Below are positions 21,045 through 33,600 of a stretch of DNA of 64,000 nucleotides, one piece after another. The DNA is from Schizochytrium sp. TIO01 (taxonomy: Eukaryota > Protista > Bigyra: Labyrinthulomycetes): assembly GCA_004764695.1 (NCBI GenBank), contig SMSO01000004.1:1178001-1242000 (forward strand), given 5' to 3'. The translations under genes and the position numbers were made by a program. How positions within the stretch are numbered: position 1 is the stretch's first letter; each line of letters opens with the position of its first letter. Under the pieces are notes generated by a model. It ran no database searches. It had not been told where the DNA came from and saw only the letters and a program-made list of their open reading frames with translations.

Positions 21045-22796
21045 GTGAGATTAGGCAAGATTGCGTTTCGTCGTAAAGGCACGCGGTCCGTGCCGTCGAC
21101 GCCAGAGGGCTCGACGCTGCGCGATGTTGCATATCAGGGCCATGCAGGGAGTAGCACACATCACGCAGCCTCAAGATGGACTCGTGTAATGAGCCTTCTG
21201 CCCATCTTGGGCTTTTTCTTGCTCGGTGTTTTTGTAGGCAAATCGTCGATCTTGCTGTCTACACTACCTAAAGAGACGGCGTCTGATCTCAGACCTGACC
21301 TCCGTATGCAACAGAGTAGCCAGCAATTGCAAAAGTGCATGCTTTTAAGCAAAAATCTCAGAGAGCTTACGCAGCGAAGTCGACGTGATGGAGCCGTTGT
21401 GCTCACTGGTGACGAAATTCTTGTCTTGAATAAACCAAGGTCATCATCAACTCAGAGACAGGAAATCAAAAGGGATACCGATCCTGGGGCGACCGACCAG
21501 ATGGCAAGTTTAACTAAAGAAAGCTCCACAGAGGGTGGACAAGCTGACACATACTATGATGAGGATGAAAGCACTGGCGAATCTCTCGAATGGCTTGCGC
21601 TCGAATCGTCTTCAAAACGAAGAGACGCTGACGAGAATGATGAGCTTCTGCGTGGTGACAAAGCTTTGGAAGATGAAATTGCAGCACTTCGTAAGAATGA
21701 CGAACCTAGCCAGTCGTTGCAAGAGCTTGCGTCACGGGCTGGTATTGACCTGACTGTACCTCACCATCGTAACCCCCAGACGTGGGCTGCAATTCCAGCG
21801 AAATATCGTTTGCAAGATGATGAGGAGGGTCGCTTTTTTTTGTACCAACCTTCAGGGGGCTGGGGTAACCAACGCTTAATTTTACGATGGGCGATTATTG
21901 CAGCCAATGCCATGAACCGTACATTAGTGTTACCTCCTGTAGCACCCCACGCTAATTTTTATGCAGGCTTCAATAAATTTAGCTCCAACGAAGTATTAAA
22001 CATGGGCCAGGTGCTAGATCTGGACACGCTTGCGTCCCGTGTCCAGGCCGGTATCCGAGTGCACGATGGTGATATGACGTCATACGAAACGAAGATTCTA
22101 CAAAATCGCACCTGGCGTGTCTATGAAAGGCCACAAGCTATTTCATTCATTCAAGAAAAGATGATTTTGCGTCGGTGGGCTAGTGAGACGGCTGACGTAG
22201 TTTATTGGCATAAAACAAGCATGTGGAAGTGCTGTGCAACTATGGATGTTAACTACTATGCGTTTATCCAGTACGGGATGGAATTTTCTAAGACCTTGCA
22301 AGGCGTCGCCTTACAATCGGTTACCTCCATGGTTCCAAGATACAACGCGATTCACTTCCGTCGAGGTGATAGTCAAATTATGGAACGCCGTAATGTTCAC
22401 AAGTATGTCAAGTACCATCGCTCATCGATGCGATATATGAACCGTAGTCTCCCTCTGTATATTGCGACTGACGAGCGTGATCGCGCCATGTTCCAGCCTC
22501 TTATTACTACATATGGGTTTTCCAAGCTTGTTTTTGCAGAAGACCTTGCCGAAGATATCATGGGTCCATTTATGGCTCAAGTCCCTGCAACTATGCGGGG
22601 TGACGTGTATGGCTTTATCGATCAGATTATTTGCGTATATGCTGAGCAATGGTCTGGTTCTGCGCTTTCTACATTTTCCTATGTGATTTCAGCCATGCGT
22701 AATAATCGATTACGCCGCGGCAAATACTTTGTTAAACTCCAGCAACTTGGAGGAGAATCAAAGTTTTTACCGCGTACCTCCACTATGTTCTCTTAG
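21045..22796 (+). CDS. GDP-fucose O-fucosyltransferase family protein (POFUT-like, Golgi type II membrane protein); true start uncertain
   Basis: TM LLPILGFFLLGVFVG; motifs SGGWGNQR...NRTLVLPP, YNAIHFRRGD, LYIATDE, IDQIIC...STFS. Confidence 0.85.
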   Translation: MRLGKIAFRRKGTRSVPSTPEGSTLRDVAYQGHAGSSTHHAASRWTRVMSLLPILGFFLLGVFVGKSSILLSTLPKETASDLRPDLRMQQSSQQLQKCMLLSKNLRELTQRSRRDGAVVLTGDEILVLNKPRSSSTQRQEIKRDTDPGATDQMASLTKESSTEGGQADTYYDEDESTGESLEWLALESSSKRRDADENDELLRGDKALEDEIAALRKNDEPSQSLQELASRAGIDLTVPHHRNPQTWAAIPAKYRLQDDEEGRFFLYQPSGGWGNQRLILRWAIIAANAMNRTLVLPPVAPHANFYAGFNKFSSNEVLNMGQVLDLDTLASRVQAGIRVHDGDMTSYETKILQNRTWRVYERPQAISFIQEKMILRRWASETADVVYWHKTSMWKCCATMDVNYYAFIQYGMEFSKTLQGVALQSVTSMVPRYNAIHFRRGDSQIMERRNVHKYVKYHRSSMRYMNRSLPLYIATDERDRAMFQPLITTYGFSKLVFAEDLAEDIMGPFMAQVPATMRGDVYGFIDQIICVYAEQWSGSALSTFSYVISAMRNNRLRRGKYFVKLQQLGGESKFLPRTSTMFS

Positions 22797-23766
22797 GACT
22801 TTCTCAACGTGCATATGTTACTTATGAAAACCTTAATACACGATCTGCCTAGAGTTATTTCTTTGCGTTCTTGCGCCTGGTTTATAATTCAAGATATAAA
22901 CTTAGTTCTTGACCAATTTTTAAAGAAAAAACTGCATCTTCCCAATTTACAGATAAACAACGTAGCAAAGGTTAGATTTTAAATTTGAATATTTAAGAAA
23001 TGTAGGAAAGTGGCATTTCAAGCATGCATTGTGAAGCTACAATCAAATGCGAACTTGCCCCTTGAGTTATGGAAGAAAAGTTTAGCATCACCATGATCTC
23101 AGGCGTCCGCTATTGTTAATGATGCGAACCAATCAACAGAAATGACTTTGTGTAAACTAATGGTTTAGCGTTAGTTTGTCTTTGTAAATAGACAAAGGTC
23201 AAATGGCCAATATTGTCAAAATGATGAGCAAAAAATTAGAACTTATTTTAAGAGTAGTTCCTAAAGTGTCACGAAAAGATAAAGGTAGTATAATATGAAC
23301 CTTCTCTGCAGAAAGATTAGTTCTATGCTTTACTTGTATCAAGGATGTACTGTTGACCAAGCCTTATGGGGAGCATTGAAAACTAGTACAATACAAGCAG
23401 TTACCGGTGAAAGGAAGCTCATTCTAACATGCGGTTCCAGACAGGAGCCGATGTTGTAAACAATGAAAGCAAATATCATAAACCAACTGAACACGGACCC
23501 ATCCTACCCCCACCTGAATCATATCCGAAGCAACGACTGCATGTAAGTAAAAGAACCTGCACATAGGTTTAAACCATGATAAATCCTCATTAACTCTGTC
23601 ATGTATATAGACGTATAGTAGAAAGCTAGCACGGTCAAGGGATGATAGTTAGACGAGTGACTGAACTAAGGACAACGAGACGTACATGCTCTTTGTGTGT
23701 GTAGAGCAGGCAAGTATGAGGAGCACATGATCAGCATGGCATTTAGTAGTTGTGATCAATAAGATT

Positions 23767-25157
23767 TTACTTAAGCTCCTGAGTCTCCGGGAGCCTGGCA
23801 GCAGCAGCAGCGGCGGCGGCCTTGTCCTTTCGGTCCTTGTTCTGGCGGTAGATACGGTAACCGACGGCAGCGAAGACAATGACGGCACCCATAGCAGCCG
23901 GGCCGGTGATGCTGTGGCCATAGATGATGCAGGAGATGACAATGCTGGTGAGCTGACGGCAAGTCATGATGATGGTGAACACAAGCGGGCCAAAGGTCTT
24001 GATCGTGTAGAAAATGAACATCTGGCCAGTGGCGCCAGTTACACTGAAGATAAGAATATCCTGAGCCACAGCAGGGTCTTTCATGATGAACTGAAGCGAG
24101 GAGAAGAGCTCACCAGACTCAAGGAGACTGCAAAGAGTAAAGAAGCAGCTGAAAGCATTCACACCAAACATCATTTGGTAAGAGCTCATCTTGTACTCGC
24201 GGAAAAGGTGACCCTGCCATTCTGTGTATGGGAATTCCACAAGCATAAGTTTTTGTTAAAAGAAAATCAAAGCATAAATGCTGGGTCAGTAAAACGGTTA
24301 ACGAAAAATACGATAACACACATACAAAGCAGAACCACGTATGGAAGGTGCTTCCGAGCAAGGTTAAACTTACGGGAGGTGAACGAGTCAAAAGTAAGGT
24401 ATGAAGCAATGAGGATGATTCCAGAGAAACTAGTGGATCCTTGACGCTCAGAACCTTCGCTGTTGTTGAGGGTAAACACGGAGACACCAAAACCAATCAC
24501 AAGCGCGACAACGTAGTCATAGGTCGGGTAGGACTTGCGGGAGATCAGCTTTCCCATAAGCATGACCGGGATGAGCTTGCTGGACTTAGCAAGGACCTGG
24601 GTCGGGAAAGAAATGTACTTGAGTGCCTCGAGCTGACTCCAGCTACTAAGTACGTTAGAGAGTGAAGTAAAAGAGAACTTGTAAAAGGGCGCTGTAAAAG
24701 GGGGCTGCTTGGTGAAGCTAATAACCGTGCCGGCAGTGACAAGAGCAAGCACACGGTTAGAGAAGACCAGAAAGATGGAAGATTGAAAGCGACCCTGTTC
24801 GTAGTCACGAGTCATAATGCGCTCCTGAAGAACACCCCAGGCAAGGTAGGATCCAAGGAGGCCAGCGGTGCAGAAAATCAACAAAAAGGCACGCATGGCA
24901 AAAGTCGGCTCGGCTTTGGGTGCGGCAGCCTTGTCGGAGGCATTGGGGTCAGTGGAGACCTGCTCATACTGGGCAGACTCGTTGCCAAAGACCATGAAGC
25001 GCACAAAACGAGCATAGAGGCTGTGGTCAGAGTGTGCCACGGGGTTCTTACGGATCTGTAGAATCGCAACATAGCCAACTGCGAAGATGAAGAAGTAGAG
25101 GCCAAGGTTGGTCACAAGGCTATTAGCCCATTCGGGAAGAAAGTTCACGGCGTCCAT
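23767..25157 (-). CDS. SLC35B2: PAPS transporter 1 (SLC35B2/PAPST1); exons 25157-24374 and 24221-23767
   Basis: Motifs WGVLQERIMTRDY, FSNRVLA, SNVLSSWSQLEALKYISFPTQVLAKSSKLIPVMLMGK and DSFTS|QWQ across a 152-nt GTAAGT..CAG intron; also GQMFIFYTIKTFGPLVFTIIMTCRQ. Confidence 0.92.
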
Positions 25158-28100
25158 CTCGTCAGCACAGGTTGCACACTGCAGGTTCTGTTGCTGCTGA
25201 TGAAGTTGTTGTTGTGCGAGGCTAGTAAGGCCGTCTGTCTGCGCCAAGCAGGTTGAAGAAGCGTCTGGATTCGTCAGTTTGTCTATTATTGTTTTTGGCG
25301 AGACGTCAAGGATTCCTCCCAGAACGTCTCTCCACGATCTTCACGGTGTTCAAGTAATCCCAAATCTGCGTCAAATGAAACTCTCACTGTAAATTACTCC
25401 AGTCTGGCTCGTCCAGTTCAACTCCCAACTCGCTGCAACCAGTGTTACTGATATTGAATCTGCCAACCTTGTCAATGGCCTCAATCTCTTGAACTCTGCT
25501 TTGTTTTAGAAAATATAAGCATACGCGTTGACGAAGGACAGTATCCTCAACGAAGTCGATATTTTCAACTTCACAACTTTTGTTGGCGTCTCAAGCTACG
25601 GACGCCTGCAAAGTATCTTAGGGTCGTCAGATTTGCCAATACTGTTAGCACTGTCAACGTTGTTGATGTCTTAAAGACTTCTTCGCTTTTGATGCTTTTC
25701 TGGCCGGGTTGGTGTTGCGTCTACCCTGTCACTTGCCTTTGCTCTTTGCAGAAGCTATGCCCGCTCAAGCAAAGATCAGGAAAGCTACAGCAAGGGCGAA
25801 GCCGGATTTGATGTGACTCAAGGAGGGATGTCTACTTTTGTTGGCGGTAGAGCACAGATGAAGCTGCAGAAGGAGTTAGCGTAGGAGCTGAGGAGGGTCG
25901 TTGGCCTCACTTAGATGTCGATCTGCGAGTGGTGTGGAGGGCGTGGGAACTCACAGACCGACCTAGAGTGGGCGAGGGAACAAGGAACGGCTCAGACTCA
26001 ACTGGGTAGAGTACAACTTACGATCGACCGATGAGACCGCGATCAGAGACTGCGCCGTCGTCGATTCTGTCGCCAACTGTAAAAGGAGGCGACCAAACAA
26101 AAACAAAGAAAACTGAAGAGAATGTCTATTCTTTTTTCTTTTTTCTTCTTTTCAATAAAACTATATCAAGAAAAACAAAATAAGTATTAGTTGTACCTAA
26201 TAGTACAGTTAGCAGCGAATCTGACAAATGATTCGACCAACCTGAATGAACGAGTCCTCGAGATATGATATGGTTGTGATCATCGACCTTTACCCCAGTT
26301 TTGTCATCGACTGAAAAGAATGGGCTGCACGAGGGAGGATACGATATGAGGCTCGGTTGAGCGTGCGTTTAGGCAATTTCAAAGTTTGTAGGCTTACTCT
26401 GGTGCGTTTCGTTTGAATTGTTTTCATTCGGTTGTTTATTTCCAAGATACGTACAGAGTATCTACTTATTTTTATTTTTAAAGACTTGTTTGCTGGAAAC
26501 TTTTAGAAATAGGCCTGAAGAACTGTATTCTAGAGGTACTATAGCTGACAATAGTTTGCATTCTATTTGTTGGCCATAAACGATAGTGCTGGAACACAGG
26601 CAGTCTTTAAGAGTTAAATCATGACTTCCTTGTAAAGGCTAACACTTGAGGCGACTTATTTGGTATACCTACGAAGATAGGTAGCACGAATTATATATTG
26701 CAAACTAACAAATTAACAAATAGTTCAATAACTTAGAATAATAATGTTGATTGACATTTTAAAACTTGTTTTTGTCTATCAAAAGTTAAATAAACTTTTT
26801 AACTCGATCTGCTTCATCTGCTTCTTCCTTCTTTGTCAGTTATTATAACAGCAATCAGTGGAAAAGCCTCGCGATTTCCAGCTTATTTACATACATGCAA
26901 GCACGTTTGGCCTCTTTTGAGACATATCTTATACAAATTTTTGGTAAAGGGTACCGGCTTCAAAGATGCTATTCCGCTATCAATTATTTGCAATTATACC
27001 AAAATTCGAAGATAATAAAGAGCCACTGGACCCACTCTTAAAGTTTTTCATATAAAGTAAATACAAGTTCTCTCCCTTTTAATTGAGTCCACTTTTCTTT
27101 TCCTGTTGTTATCTTATTTTACTTTTATACATGTTTAGATTTCAGTTTTCTGTCTGTTTCTTTGCTTTTTTTAATTAAAGGATTAGTACGACTTATATGT
27201 GAGGCCTCAAAAGGCTGTGGTTATTATTATTTTTTCCTTCTAAACAAGAGTGGAAATAAATAAATAAATAAACAAATAAAAGGAAACCAATTCCTCGACA
27301 GACAGCAAGTTCACTAGTGAAAGACACGCAGCAGGCTATCGAAAACTTAAGCCCAAAACCTTGGCAAGCGAAACAAACCTAGAAGTCCAGTTCTTGCTCT
27401 CCATACCAAAGATCTAGCACTCATGTCTGCTGAGTCTGTACCTATTAGTGCCTAGTACTGCATGATGACCGTGATTTGATGTGCCAGCACTCGAGCTCTT
27501 TTTTGAAATTAAAATTAAATTTTAATTAATTAATTAATTTATTGTTGTGATAATCATTCAAGTCATTCTATGTAACAAATGAATGAAATACACTGGCCTG
27601 TATATGGATTAAAAGAAATGCTTATGCGCCATCGGCTCCTCCTCGGAGAAACGCTGCTTTAGACTTGTTAGTTTTGTATTTTCCCTCCTCATGAGTTTAC
27701 CCGAGGAAGACCTGGGCGAAATGTCCCTCGAACAAAGTCATAGACCCAGAAGCCCAGGTTCTTGCTGTTTGCTTTTGGACCAAGGATTAAACGCAAAGAA
27801 CGCCCCCTGGAATGTAAACCTTTGCCGAAACCTTTGCCAAGTCGGGTTGGCTTCACGTCGTACGAAATTCGAAATAGAGCCCAAACCTAGAGCTTACTCA
27901 TTTTGTAAAGTTCCTCGGCGTTTCGTTGGTTGATTGATTAGGGTGCAATCTTCGTGGCAATCAGCGCAATCTGCGCGAATGACACTCAAATCACACTCAT
28001 AATAATCGTCAAAGTACCAAGTGATTTTTTGCTTTCCCAAGATAGGAATACGAGCTTACTTAGGCAGCTCTGGAGCCGGGCTCCTTTTGCGGCTCGACTT

Positions 28101-30683
28101 GAAGCACGTCATAATATCTTGACCTAACACCTGCGCGTACAGAGAAGCTTTCCTAGTTGGTGCTTCCTGCTCTCTGTCCACGGGTATCTTATGTCTTGTG
28201 ATTCTGTCAAGAAGTTCGTGAACCCATACTCTGCTAGGTGTGCACTGTACCTCACGTTATGCTAACTCAATCAAGTTGTGCTGCAAAATATAGTTCAACG
28301 ACGGTGAAAATGTTATTCTTAAAAGCTCGAACGACTGGTACGTATTTATCTACCTGGTCGTGTCACAGGCACACTTCCTATAGCCTATCTCTGGCTCAAG
28401 GCAAACCAGAACATGTGAGAGATGACAAAACTGGAATTGAATTATTCCCAGCCAGGATGAGCTGCACAGGAGTCCACATGCAGATTTACATTATGTAGAA
28501 TTCAGGTTTGTAAGCGTTTACTGAGGTTTACCTTCGAACCATACTGTTCATAACTAGTGCCCTGCGACTCGACAATGATCCAAAACCCACACGACTAAAA
28601 TAGAGTTTCATTGACTAGGTAGGCAGCTATAACTTTTGTGCGAGAGTGATTTTGATGGAATGCAAGTTCTTTGCTTTAGGCAGTACGTAGACTTGCTGCT
28701 TAACACATTTTTTCACGGTAAATTCCTATTTTAAAGAGCATAAACGTGAATAGAAGCGAACATCTTAACGCCATCTGCCGATGCGCAAGTTCTTACCAAT
28801 TCATCCAAAACTTGATATTCCACAATTTCTATCAAAGTGCATTCTTATGATACTTCTCTAATGCTGCAAAATTAATTTCCCCTAAGCCATTGAGTTAATT
28901 ACCAAATCCCGTCATTTTTCCTTCACGGCGATAACAGAGCTCCAACAAATCCAGAACCCAAAACAATCTGTATAACGCTTTTGATTTCCAAGTTCAAGAG
29001 TTGCCAAGGTTCCCTAGGTACACTTTTTCTTGAGCGTATGTATGCATCTCTCGCAGCTATTTCCAAGATCATTCGCAGACATTCATAACCCAAACCTATT
29101 CGAAGCCGTCCGTCTCCATTATCAGCTACGAAGACCAAGGTTGCTAGAAACTACCTACTACAACTAGAAAAACGAAGTCAGCTCATTTTTGTTCTTACCC
29201 CTACGTAGGTACCTATTATTTCGTTGGTCATTCATTAGAAACAGCTCCTCCAGAGGTTCAACAGTATTAGGTAATGAGCAGTCTAAGTACAAGCTTGCAA
29301 ATTAAATGAAGGGCTCAATAAATTGGGAAAGCAGACCAAGGGGATGGTTGCTGTGAGGGATCTTCGCAATACTAGTCCTGTGTAACGTACAACGCTACGG
29401 GTAATTTGAGGCGAAGAAGGAGTGAATCAGCTTCCTCAGTCTAGGAAACGAATAATTCAACCTAGGAAACAAATCATCCCAAAGGGGGCTTTCTTTCATA
29501 CAAGTTTACCTCAACGTGACTATTAGGGGTTATGGGTATATTATATTAATGACACGGTAGGAAAAAAGATCACCTTTGATTCTTGTGAAAAGAAAGAAAC
29601 CATCAATTATAGTGCGCAGAAGCGGCAAAAGGGTAGATCGAAGAGTGCAATTGCAATGTGCTTATTATAGTTAGATACAAACTTAACAATATGAATGCCG
29701 TCTCACACGGCCAAGGAAAACGATCTCAGCAGCAGCCTGCAGTAGTATAAATCAGCCAGCAGCAAAAACAGGGTTGGGCTAACTCTCAGGTTGCCAAGGG
29801 CACCTTCTCTGCCTCTTGATCGTTATGCAGCTTCTGACGAAATCTTTGCGACCTGAGCCCGAGCTCGAAGTAAGTTATGGTCCAAAGAAACGAGTTGATC
29901 TGAACAAAACCAAATAGATAGATAGATACCCATTTTTTTCATTAACAAATTAAGATAAAAGCGGCTGACTTTCTATACAAGGTAGTATTTCCACCTATAC
30001 TACACTCTAAACGAGAGTGTACTATAGAGAATAGGTATAAGTCACAGTAAATTATACCATTAAAAGTCGATTTCGAATTCAAATCGTCGCCATCATCCGA
30101 GTTCACACAGCGCCAGCTGGCCGCGCAGAACCTCTTCGTAGAGGCCCATTGCTCCCTCTCGCGGCCTGGAGGACGTCGGGAGGAGCGCTAGATACTACAC
30201 ACTCCGGCCTCTCGCTGAGGGTGGCCTCACGGAGGCAGACTTTTGTTGCGCGGTGGCATCAGTCGAGCTAGCGTCGTGCCTGCGTCTCTGACGACTTGGG
30301 TATCTATTTCTCTATATACTTTCTATATCCATCGGTCAATCTTTATCAATCTGTATCTATCGGGGAGATTCAGAACATATAGACAGAATATTCGCACGAG
30401 AGAACTCTTGTCTAGAACGCTGCTGCAAAGAAATATTTGACTTGATTTGAATCGAGACGGCCTCCCGGTGATTCTTCATTCATCTTGAAGTTACGAACGA
30501 TATTTACTCGTGTTACTTTTGACCACGAATAAATCAACTTCACCTTCTAGGTTCTCCTTGCTCCAGTGATAGCCACGACAGAACTGTATCCTGGGAAGAG
30601 CTTTCAGTCTGTGCAATATCCAACTTTTGAGGTCATCGCAAGGCTGCAGGCAACAAAAGTCTTGACCGAGAAAATTTCCAACC

Positions 30684-33600
30684 ATGCGCGATCTTCTGGA
30701 GAGCACCTTGAAACGGCTTGTAAAAGATGCAGGTCGCAAACAAGTTGAACTGAAGGATGCAAGTACTGCTGCTCTGGAGCGCCTAGAGGCAGTTTCTGAC
30801 GATGCTTTGGAGGCTGAAGACTCTCCCGCAGATGCCTACCTTAAGCCGCTACTTATGGCGCTCTCATCCCCACAGCCCAAAACAATAGTTGCATCTCTGG
30901 ACTGTTTTCAAAAACTTATGTCCTATGGGTTTTTGCAGGGGCAAACGAAAGCCTCAGATGCAGGCTTACAATTTGAAGACCCTGAAGCTACTGTCATGGA
31001 TGTCGTAGTAAGGTCAATATGTGCCTGTGAAGACACTGACGGTCGCGGTGGTGTGGCAGATGACTCTGTGCAACTTCAGGTCATCAAAGCTTTGCTTACG
31101 GCGGTGACAAGTGCTGGTTGCGGTGTGCACGAAACTTCGCTTCTTAACTCAGTCCGTGCTTGCTACCACATCCATTTGTATTCCCGTAACCCGGTGAACA
31201 AAACCACTGCAAAGGCCACCTTAACTCAAATGATGAGCGCCATCTTTCAGCAAATGGAGGTTGCAGATGCTAAAATCTCTCATAAAGAGGAGACTCAGCA
31301 AGAGTCGACGAACGCCGATAATGAACCTAATACGTCTAGCACTGCTGAGGACGAGGATGAAGCCGCGGATGACCAAGATGATGATGATGACCAAGACGAT
31401 GACCAACATGATAACCTTCAGAAGTCAACAGCAGCATCGGAAGAGACATCAGCACCAGGCGAATCAGAAGCTGCAGCCGCAAAGGAAGCAGAAAAAAAGG
31501 TCGCTGAGTCCTTAGAAACCAAGGGCGCTGAAGAGGCTGTGCAAGAATGTGTTCATGACTTTGACGAATGTATGTATCCTGGAGTATCTAGCCAGCTTGG
31601 ACTGGAAGACATGGTGGTTTATACGCCGAGGTCACCACGTGATCTCATGCCTACAGCTGCCGCGACAACAGAGGATGAAGGACCGGTCCCAGTGAGCGTT
31701 TTGGAGGAGGCCAAAGAAGAGCAGAAAAAGCCAAAACAAAAGAAGAAACAGGCAACAAAGTCTGTCACACCATTCAAGTCTATTCAACACAAGGACGCAT
31801 ACTTACTCTTCCGTGCTCTTTGCAAACTGTCAATGAAGAATCAGAGCCTTATCGACGGTTCAGGAGAAGACTATACCCCGGATCCTATTGCTCTGCGATC
31901 CAAAATTCTCTCGCTAGACCTTGTTTTGAACATCCTTGAGTCAAGTGGACCTGCGTTCCGGAACAACAAGGACTTTGTGTACGCTATCAAGACCTATTTG
32001 ACTAGTTCACTCGTAAAGAACTCGGTTTCTAGCAATACACAAGTTGTTGGCTTGTCACTGCGCATTTTTGTGGCACTTCAAGCGCGCTTTTCGGAGCACC
32101 TGAAGGAAGAAATCGAACTCGTCATTTCCAAGATTTTTCTTCCTCTCCTGGAGTCGTCAAACTCTCCGCACGAACACAAAGTTCTTGTTCTCGAAGTTTT
32201 TGCTCAAATCGCCAAGGATGTTGAAACCTTAGTTAGCATCTTCCTCAATTACGATTGTGATTGGGATAGCATCGACCTCTACTCGCGAATTGTCAAGGTT
32301 CTTTCGAAGCTTGCTTCAGGAACCCGTCCTTCGGGTGCTACAGGGACTCTCTCACAGGAAGATCAGCAAAAGGTCGCCCTTCACGAGATGTCTTTAGTAT
32401 CAATCGTTTCTATTCTCGAGTCACTGGCTGAATTCACGCATGTGCAAGAGAACCTTCCGGGTAATAGGCGAATGAGTGTGGTAGAAAATAGCCATGACGA
32501 GAATGGGGATGGGCCTTACACCACAGATGTGGAACCTGTGACACCTATGTCTCCACCGACAGTTGACCTGAACAATACAGGTGAATACGATGATGACACA
32601 AACACAGGCAACGAGATGGGCTTATCTGCCATGTCCCGTCAGGGATCTATTGGAGGACCCGGCCGAGGCAGTGTCGGGGAGGACTCTGCTCCTCTTTTAT
32701 CAAACTTGCTTGGTAATCAAGATATGCGTAGGCTCAAGGTAGATTCCTTCCAACAGAAACAGAAGTACCGCCGTGATATTGAGAGTGCAGCATCAAAGTT
32801 CCTTATCAAGCCCAAACGAGGCATTGAGTTTCTTATTAAAGAAGGCTACATTGACCGTACTCCTGAGGATGTGGCAACTGCGCTCTTGCAATTCCAAGAT
32901 GTCTTTTCAAAGACAAAGATTGGAGAGTACCTTGGTGAGGACGACGATTTCAACGTCCAGACACTCTATTGCTATGTCGATGAGCTTGACTTTACGGACA
33001 CAGTAATTGATAACGCTTTGCGTTCCTTCCTAGCTGGTTTCCGTCTTCCTGGTGAGGCCCAAAAGATCGATCGCATTATTGAAAAATTTGCCGCGCGATA
33101 CTTTGAAACCAACCCAGAGAGTTTCCCAAGTGCTGATACTGCTTATGTCCTTGCTTTTGCCATTATTATGCTGCACACTGATTTACACAACCCAAACATT
33201 CCTGTGGAAAAGAAAATGACCGGCCAAGGCTTTATTGCAATGAATGGAGGTATTGCTGGTGGTCGCGACTTGGATCCTGATTTTCTCTTGGGTATTTATG
33301 AGCGCATCAAGACCCAAGAAATCTCCCTAAAGGAAGATGATGGTGATCGCGAGCGCGAGCGGCAGCGCAGTAAGGGTGGTCTTGCTGCGGCCGCATCGAT
33401 GGGATTCTTTGGCAACAGCCGAGAAGCTGTTTCCCGACGTCGTCGTGCAGCCTTTTCCAAGGAGCGCCAAGAGATGCTTGAATCTGCAACGCTCTTATTG
33501 CCTGCATCACGTGGACAACAAAACCAACAAAGCCAAACCACAAATGCAAAACCCGTCCAGCATACACCTACGGGTCGGCAGCCTCTCATGCGTGTTCGGT

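Noticed and set aside
23752-24444. 230-aa + strand ORF
   Set aside because: Antisense shadow of the PAPS transporter exon 2 and intron; no recognisable protein features.
25158-25247. TTG-initiated Q-rich N-terminal extension of the PAPS transporter
   Set aside because: Non-ATG start; the CAA/CAG-rich sequence is more simply 5' UTR.
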